Below, piece after piece: positions 1 through 4,703 of a stretch of DNA of 4,703 bases (positions are counted from its first letter, which is position 1; the number at the start of each line of letters is the position of its first letter). The translations under genes and the position numbers were made by a program. The notes below the pieces were generated by a model. That model searched no databases and was not told the origin of the DNA. It was given only the letters and a program-made list of their open reading frames with translations. This DNA comes from a virus (taxonomy: Duplodnaviria; Heunggongvirae; Uroviricota; Caudoviricetes), in IMG/VR virus record IMGVR_UViG_3300029310_000135. One strand, given 5' to 3'.

Positions 1-1010
1 TTAGCAAGAGAGGTGTTTACGTTAGCGTAAGCCTTCTCTTCTTTTGTCAGTGAAGCGTCATCAAGCGCAATCGGCTTCGGCGTGATTTCGATGTGAGTAC
101 CATCGATCACACGGGTGATTGAGAAAGTAGCATCATCAGTCAGCACGTTCTTCGCCATCTGAGACAGGAATTTCACACCAGTGAAACTGATTTTGTCGCC
201 GCGCTTAAACCCGGTGGTGGAGGATACGGTCACCGTTGCAACACGGTTGTCGACGTTCTCTTTGTTACCATCGGTATCAAGGGTGTATGCCTGCGGCTTA
301 AACTTCTGCGCACCAGAAACAGTTACACCAGTAGCGGTTGACTTGGTAACTGCCGGAAGTTTCGGTGAGCGAAGAATTTCATCAAAGCCAGCAATCTGAC
401 GCTGAATAGTACCGTTACGATACGCTTCTTCAGGAACGCGCCCAAAGATGTCACCATCTACCAGGTTGCGGCCTGCTTTGCGGTAATCGTCAGGGTTCAG
501 GAAGTAACTGATGCCCATATCGCGGTTTAACTCACGGGAGAACATCAGGCGTTCTGCATCAGACACAAAATCCCAGCCAGACAGGCCAGTAGATGGACCA
601 ATTGCGCGGGTATCGTGAACAACAAGCGAGCCCATTTCAGTTGCCTGTTTGGCAATCGCTGACTCAATGTTATTCGCCAGTTTTTTGGCGGATGCCTGGA
701 TGCGGCGACGGTAAGAACGCTCATCACGCAGGTCATCTGCACGAAGCTCGAAGAAATCGTTATCCGGATCGCCCATGTTGCATTTCACGGAGAGTTCCAG
801 AATCCCGGTTGCGTTGCCAGTTAAATCCCAGCCAGTCTGAGTTGGCGCTTCCTGCTCAACAGGCATCCACACGGTGTTGCTTGAACGTTGCATGGATTCT
901 GCCGGGGGGGTGTATTTTGTCACTTTGGACGCCATTGGCGTCAGGTTCTGGACGGTTTCGATGATTTCATCCAGAGCATATGTGACCAGTTGACCTTCAT
1001 TTAATGCCAT
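1..1010 (-). CDS. Major capsid (coat) protein, P22 gp5-like, HK97 fold; N-terminal ~336 codons, 3' end lies beyond the window start
   Basis: Reverse-complement translation from ATG at 1008..1010 reads [17 protein letters not shown], matching the remembered P22 coat N-terminus (MALNEGQIVTLAVDEII). Spot translations further in read [10 protein letters not shown] (897..917), [17 protein letters not shown] (540..590) and [11 protein letters not shown] (3..35), each matching remembered P22 gp5 segments. The frame stays open to position 3 in every stretch checked; the tta at 1..3 is out of frame. Sits immediately downstream of the scaffold gene as in P22. Confidence 0.94.
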   Translation of the reverse strand, partial: MALNEGQLVTYALDEIIETVQNLTPMASKVTKYTPPAESMQRSSNTVWMPVEQEAPTQTGWDLTGNATGILELSVKCNMGDPDNDFFELRADDLRDERSYRRRIQASAKKLANNIESAIAKQATEMGSLVVHDTRAIGPSTGLSGWDFVSDAERLMFSRELNRDMGISYFLNPDDYRKAGRNLVDGDIFGRVPEEAYRNGTIQRQIAGFDEILRSPKLPAVTKSTATGVTVSGAQKFKPQAYTLDTDGNKENVDNRVATVTVSSTTGFKRGDKISFTGVKFLSQMAKNVLTDDATFSITRVIDGTHIEITPKPIALDDASLTKEEKAYANVNTSLA

Positions 1011-1921
1011 TATCGAATTCCTTTATTCAGTTGCGCCTTGAGCTTGCGGTATGTCTCTACATCCCCTTTGTTTGCTGCCGCTTCCATCTGCTTTTCAATC
1101 GCAGAGATATTTGCAGCAACAGCGTGTCCCTGAATGGGTTCATCAGGTAACGGGGCTTCTGAAACAGGCTTGGCTCGAGGCTTGAGAGTTAAACGTTCTG
1201 ACAGTCGAGTGAGTTCAATCAGCGCGGATTGCCCGTCCATCGCCAGCAACTGGCGTGTTTTCTCAGGATTAGCACCAAGGTGATACATGAGAGCAGCGGA
1301 TTTCTCCGGGAAGAGGCGCATGATATCGGCACCGACTGCTGGCGGCACCAGTTGCATGAATGCATCCTCTTTCTCCTGATAGTCAGGGATATTGAGCTTT
1401 TCCGCTGCGTCGTAGTGCTTACGGGCTGCCTCGACGTATTGCGCTGATTGCTGGGTGAACTCCTGAGTTTTTCGCCCCTGCTCGGCGACAGCCTGGCTTC
1501 GTGCGTCCATAGCCTTGATCTGCCATTCACTGTTTGCCTGCTGGAAGGCAGCCAGTGCGCGGCTCTGGTCATAGTCGTACTTAGCCAGTGCGTCTTCGGA
1601 AAGATAATCGTTAGGGTCTGGTTGTTTTGGTAACTCAGGGTTCACCCGCAGGTGCTCCGGCAACTCTCCACGCTTAACCGCTTCCATCTGCTGCTCAAGC
1701 TCACGCTGGCGTTTGCGTTCGATGCGGCGACGGGCAAATTCAGCATTAGTTGCCGGGTCTTGTTTTGGTTTCTCATCGTCTTTCAGGACAATCTCAAAGC
1801 CTTCTTCCTGACCTGCGCTGTCGTTGGCATTATCGACAACTAAGCCATCAGCAGATGCCGCTGCATGATTGCCGGGCAGGGTTAATTCTTCAGAAGCCTG
1901 AATGTCGGTGGTTTGGTCCAT
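1010..1921 (-). CDS. Scaffolding protein, P22 gp8-like (303 aa, complete)
   Basis: The 303-aa ORF matches remembered P22 gp8 along its length (e.g. [117 protein letters not shown]-terminal [11 protein letters not shown] coat-binding helix-turn-helix region). Same length as P22 gp8 and positioned between portal and coat as in P22. Confidence 0.95.
   Translation of the reverse strand: MDQTTDIQASEELTLPGNHAAASADGLVVDNANDSAGQEEGFEIVLKDDEKPKQDPATNAEFARRRIERKRQRELEQQMEAVKRGELPEHLRVNPELPKQPDPNDYLSEDALAKYDYDQSRALAAFQQANSEWQIKAMDARSQAVAEQGRKTQEFTQQSAQYVEAARKHYDAAEKLNIPDYQEKEDAFMQLVPPAVGADIMRLFPEKSAALMYHLGANPEKTRQLLAMDGQSALIELTRLSERLTLKPRAKPVSEAPLPDEPIQGHAVAANISAIEKQMEAAANKGDVETYRKLKAQLNKGIR
1019..1022 (-). 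promoter_or_regulatory. Shine-Dalgarno (AGGA within AAGGAA) for the coat gene, 8 nt upstream of ATG, embedded in the last scaffold codons
   Basis: Minus-strand sequence reads CTGAATAAAGGAATTCGATAATG; AAGGAA is followed by an 8-nt spacer and the coat ATG. Confidence 0.6.
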
Positions 1922-1927
1922 GATTAA

Positions 1928-1934
1928 CTCTCTC
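1928..1934 (-). promoter_or_regulatory. Purine-rich Shine-Dalgarno-like element (GAGAGAG) for the scaffold gene in the 13-bp portal-scaffold spacer
   Basis: Minus-strand sequence reads CAATAAGAGAGAGTTAATCATG; portal stop TAA (1935..1937) is followed directly by GAGAGAG, a 6-nt spacer and the scaffold ATG (1919..1921). Confidence 0.5.
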
Positions 1935-4100
1935 TTATTGAGGTGTCTCGGCTACTCCGCCGGAGGGGATTTGAACTTGACGCATAAGATTCGCGAAATC
2001 CATGCGTTGTGAATGAGTCTGGTCTGCATCTTTAAGAAGCAGCTCAGCGTTAGCACGAGCATCTTTGCTGCGCTGTTGCTGGAATTGACCTACGAGCTTG
2101 AGGTACTCACGCAGTTCTGCCTGCTTGTCGAGGTCCATATTGTTGAAGATCTCTGCGATCTTCGCGGCGTTGAGTTGGTTTTGGGCTTCAACCTTGGCGG
2201 CTTCAACCTGAATCTGCGCCTGTTGGTTCTCTGCCTTGAGCAATTCAGCCTGACCTTGCAGAAGGATACCCTGCGCCTGAATTTGCTCTGCTGATGGCTG
2301 CTGCGGCTGTTGTTGTGCCTGCTGCACCATCTCCATCTCTTCAGGTGTTTCTGGTTTCTTCAGCCCCATCATCACCAGTTGCTTGTTAGCGTACTCTCGC
2401 ATCATCTCGACGCCTTTACCGTCAAGCATCGTGAAGTATTGCAGCATCAGCATCTGGAACTCTGGAGTGCCTTGCGGAACCTTGGTGAGCAACTCCTGAA
2501 TCTCTGCGCGGTTCTGTTCCTTCATACTCTGGAAGGATGGTCCGACGTCTGTATAGCACTCATAGCGACCGCGAATGTCGTTGAGTGTGACCACATTGCC
2601 GGACTGGTAATCGACAACTTGCGCATAGAGTTGAACGTCTTTCTCGCTTCCATCTTCAAGTGTCAGCGTTACATGACGAGGAACGTCATAAATATCGTTG
2701 ACCATTGAGGCATAAATCTCGCCATCACGTCGCATTGCGGTAGCCAGGTTATCCTGAAACACGTATGTCTCAAGGTCTGCCCGCATGTTCAGTTGATTGA
2801 CGGTATCGAAAGCGACCTGAGAGTTTGCTGCCTGCGCATCCACACCAAGACTAGCCACCTCTTTCACTGCGTTGGTGGCAGCCTCAAGCATATAAGCGTT
2901 GGCTTGCGGCACTTCAGGGTTTTCCATGTAGGAGATTGGACCAATCGGCAGGTCGTTACCATTTTCATCGGTCCTGTTCTGCAGATAGTACGGATAGTCA
3001 TCATTTCCACCGTACATGTATTCGTAGCCTTCGATTTGCTCAGGGAAGAAGGTCGGTTTCTTCTTCGGTGAGCGAGCAACAATATCGGCGTTGAATGACA
3101 TGATCATGTTACGAAGGCGTTGACCGTCTTTCGTCAGCCTTACCACTCCCTCGTAGCACTCCTTGTCACCAGCGAATGACCATTCGCCATACACTGGAAC
3201 GATTGGGATATGCTCTCCGGCTATCTTTTCTCGGTCTTTCAGTATCTGCGTGCAGGTGATGATCGACTTATACACACGACGACGCTTCACCTTGCGCTCT
3301 GCTACCTTAATGAATCCACGATTAGCCAGGTCGTCGATAACGTCTTTAATATCCTGCTGGTAATAGCTGACCGGCTCACCTGTCAGCGGGTCGCGGTAGA
3401 TGAAGACTTTCTCTTTCTTCTCTTCTACCTCGTAATACTCAGCGACGTAGACGACATCATTCGATACCCACGGAAACAGCCATGTATCGTTTGGATTCTG
3501 GAAAGATGGCAGCGTGTCAGGATCAATACCGTAATCCTCTGCGAACTCTTTCCAGCCATTGCGTGACAAGGCGTTAATCACCGTGCAGTGCTTAGCGTCG
3601 CTCTTATCCATCTGCTTGCTGTTGGCGTCCCATATGACGTGTGAGCAGGCTTCATGGATTGGCAGGCGTCGGATTACCTGATTGTTGCTTGTTGGATCGT
3701 TGTCTTCGTACTGCGTGACCAGACGCCATGCACCAACACCGGACTCTATCTGCTCACGAACGCCAACGTTAACGGCAATTTTTGCCGTGTTATGGCGCAT
3801 ATCAGTACGATACATCCCCATCAGCACATCGGCAGCATCAGGATTAGCTCCATCTTTTGGTCTGAATAGAACGTCGATAGGGTTCCGGCGCATCTCTGCG
3901 ACCAGTTTCCTGACCACCGGGCGAACAACATCGAATTGTCCGCGATATTGCAGGGTAGTGTAGTTTGATAGCCAGTCATCCCATTGCGACACTCGGCTAA
4001 AATACAGGTCATTTGTCGCCTCGGTTCTGGCTTCATCGCTCGCCATCCAGTCCGCGTCAAACTTACACAGAATGGAATTGAGTCTGTTTTCGTCGGCCAT
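1935..4100 (-). CDS. Portal protein, P22 gp1-like (721 aa, complete), including the long C-terminal helical barrel region
   Basis: The 721-aa ORF matches the remembered P22 portal (about 725 aa) closely: N-terminus [126 protein letters not shown]-terminal [10 protein letters not shown]. Lies directly downstream of the terminase gene as in P22. Confidence 0.97.
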   Translation of the reverse strand: MADENRLNSILCKFDADWMASDEARTEATNDLYFSRVSQWDDWLSNYTTLQYRGQFDVVRPVVRKLVAEMRRNPIDVLFRPKDGANPDAADVLMGMYRTDMRHNTAKIAVNVGVREQIESGVGAWRLVTQYEDNDPTSNNQVIRRLPIHEACSHVIWDANSKQMDKSDAKHCTVINALSRNGWKEFAEDYGIDPDTLPSFQNPNDTWLFPWVSNDVVYVAEYYEVEEKKEKVFIYRDPLTGEPVSYYQQDIKDVIDDLANRGFIKVAERKVKRRRVYKSIITCTQILKDREKIAGEHIPIVPVYGEWSFAGDKECYEGVVRLTKDGQRLRNMIMSFNADIVARSPKKKPTFFPEQIEGYEYMYGGNDDYPYYLQNRTDENGNDLPIGPISYMENPEVPQANAYMLEAATNAVKEVASLGVDAQAANSQVAFDTVNQLNMRADLETYVFQDNLATAMRRDGEIYASMVNDIYDVPRHVTLTLEDGSEKDVQLYAQVVDYQSGNVVTLNDIRGRYECYTDVGPSFQSMKEQNRAEIQELLTKVPQGTPEFQMLMLQYFTMLDGKGVEMMREYANKQLVMMGLKKPETPEEMEMVQQAQQQPQQPSAEQIQAQGILLQGQAELLKAENQQAQIQVEAAKVEAQNQLNAAKIAEIFNNMDLDKQAELREYLKLVGQFQQQRSKDARANAELLLKDADQTHSQRMDFANLMRQVQIPSGGVAETPQ

Positions 4101-4703
4101 TTAAGTTCTCCGTGCGATGGGCCTGATTGGGGCTGGTATCTTTTTCTCTTTTGGTTTTTTGATGTCGCGCATCATTTTTGCGAAGCGGCGCATCATGTAT
4201 GCATAGCGAACGGCGGATAGCACGTCGTCGTTAAGCTTGACGATTTTCCCGTTTTCATCACGGTGATAGAGGCGAAACTCCTCAAAGAATGGCTCACAGG
4301 TGTTGAATACTTTGAAGCGACCATCAAGCATCATGTCGCGCAATTCAGTGATTCCAGGCTCAACAGCATTACCGCCATCAGGCCATGTCGCATGCTCCTG
4401 CAACATCATAAATCCAGCGTCTGCATACTGCCCTTTGAGCTGCTCACCGCCGCCCTTCTCATGCTGGTTTCCGTCATGAGGCCATGCTGTTGGCACTTTA
4501 TGCGCCCATGATTTAACGGCTCCCCATGCCTGAACAGCTGTTTTTTCTTTCGCCTTCCACACGCGTGAAACGTAGATTGTGTCTGCGTCCTTATCCCACC
4601 AAAGCTGAACCTGAGCCTGTGGGTGATCCCATCCGAAATCCATCCCGCCAATCACGTAGAAGTGATCAGGACACTCGAACGGCTGACACTTAATAGTCTC
4701 TTC
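4101..4703 (-). CDS. Terminase large subunit, P22 gp2-like; C-terminal 200 codons (nuclease-domain region), N-terminus beyond the window end
   Basis: The minus-strand frame is open from the window edge (EETIKCQPFECPDHFYVIGGMDFGWDHPQ...) to TAA at 4101..4103. The GTG at 4653..4655 marked as a start in the ORF track is an internal Val codon. The position immediately upstream of the portal gene and the GGMDFG acidic motif typical of RNase H-like terminase nuclease domains support the call; the assignment rests partly on synteny. Confidence 0.88.
   Translation of the reverse strand, partial: EETIKCQPFECPDHFYVIGGMDFGWDHPQAQVQLWWDKDADTIYVSRVWKAKEKTAVQAWGAVKSWAHKVPTAWPHDGNQHEKGGGEQLKGQYADAGFMMLQEHATWPDGGNAVEPGITELRDMMLDGRFKVFNTCEPFFEEFRLYHRDENGKIVKLNDDVLSAVRYAYMMRRFAKMMRDIKKPKEKKIPAPIRPIARRT
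4108..4111 (-). promoter_or_regulatory. Shine-Dalgarno (GGAG) for the portal gene, 7 nt upstream of ATG, embedded in the last terminase codons
   Basis: Minus-strand sequence reads CACGGAGAACTTAAATG; the terminase TAA stop (4101..4103) directly abuts the portal ATG (4098..4100). Confidence 0.6.

Larger units (their letters stand above)
1..4703 (-). mobile_element. P22-like (Lederbergvirus-type) phage or prophage head-assembly module (terminase, portal, scaffold, coat); the element extends beyond both window edges
   Basis: Four consecutive co-oriented genes in the P22 order 2-1-8-5 with high protein similarity to P22 by inspection. Whether this is an integrated prophage or a phage genome cannot be told from the window. 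Confidence 0.85.

Noticed and set aside
1-3. tta at the window start resembling a minus-strand stop codon for the coat gene
   Set aside because: It is out of frame with the coat reading frame (codons fall at 3..5, 6..8 and so on), and the P22 coat is about 430 aa whereas only about 336 codons fit in the window, so the gene continues past the window edge.
181-399. 72-aa ORF on the + strand
   Set aside because: Antisense to the coat gene; no ribosome-binding site or recognisable protein features.
593-964. 123-aa ORF on the + strand
   Set aside because: Lies entirely antisense within the coat gene, whose minus-strand translation matches P22 gp5; the product is Cys/Arg/Pro-rich with no recognisable features. 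Antisense shadow ORF.
1219-1572. 117-aa minus-strand ORF in an alternative frame inside the scaffold gene
   Set aside because: Arg/Ser-rich composition typical of out-of-frame translation of a real gene; no independent ribosome-binding site; the scaffold frame is the one matching P22 gp8.
1922-1934. Possibility of a promoter, terminator or small gene between portal and scaffold
   Set aside because: The spacer is only 13 bp and holds just the purine-rich ribosome-binding site; there is no room for a stem-loop terminator or a -35/-10 promoter.
2013-2708. Two + strand ORFs (93 aa at 2013..2294 and 132 aa at 2310..2708) antisense to the portal gene
   Set aside because: Leu/His/Cys-rich low-complexity translations of the antisense strand of the portal barrel and core region; no support as genes.
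2864-4060. Minus-strand out-of-frame ORFs (2864..3082, 3821..4060) and + strand ORFs (2793..3071, 3163..3363, 3210..3566, 3654..3869, 3682..3963) within the portal gene
   Set aside because: All nested in or antisense to the 721-aa portal ORF, which has a strong P22 gp1 match; compositions are atypical for real proteins.
4263-4651. 82-aa + strand ORF (4263..4511) and 81-aa minus-strand ORF (4406..4651) within the terminase region
   Set aside because: Antisense or out of frame relative to the terminase reading frame, which is continuous to the window edge; no independent support.
4653-4655. GTG shown as the start of the 184-aa ORF in the track
   Set aside because: The frame is open upstream to the window end (EETIKCQPFECPDHFY precedes it), so this is an internal Val codon of the large terminase, not a start.
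1-4703. Possibility of a novel defense or accessory system in this window
   Set aside because: Every base is assigned to one of four canonical structural genes with tight junctions and the reading frames are intact; no unexplained sequence remains.

Overview
The whole window is one strand-consistent (minus strand) block of four canonical head-morphogenesis genes from a P22-like (Lederbergvirus-type) tailed phage or prophage: large terminase C-terminal part (4101..4703, partial), portal protein (1935..4100), scaffolding protein (1010..1921) and the N-terminal ~336 codons of the major coat protein (1..1010, partial). Calls rest on my own reading of the translations against remembered P22 gp2/gp1/gp8/gp5 sequences and on the conserved P22 gene order 2-1-8-5; no database search was run. 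Gene junctions are abutting, 1 nt overlapping or 13 bp apart, so there is no intergenic space for a moron, defense cassette or RNA gene. I do not see evidence of a previously undescribed system here: this is an ordinary, well-understood phage structural module. The findings are modest observations (divergent Gln-rich portal barrel segment, junction architecture, a C7 homopolymer in the coat gene), and the + strand and out-of-frame ORFs in the track are rejected as shadows of the real genes.
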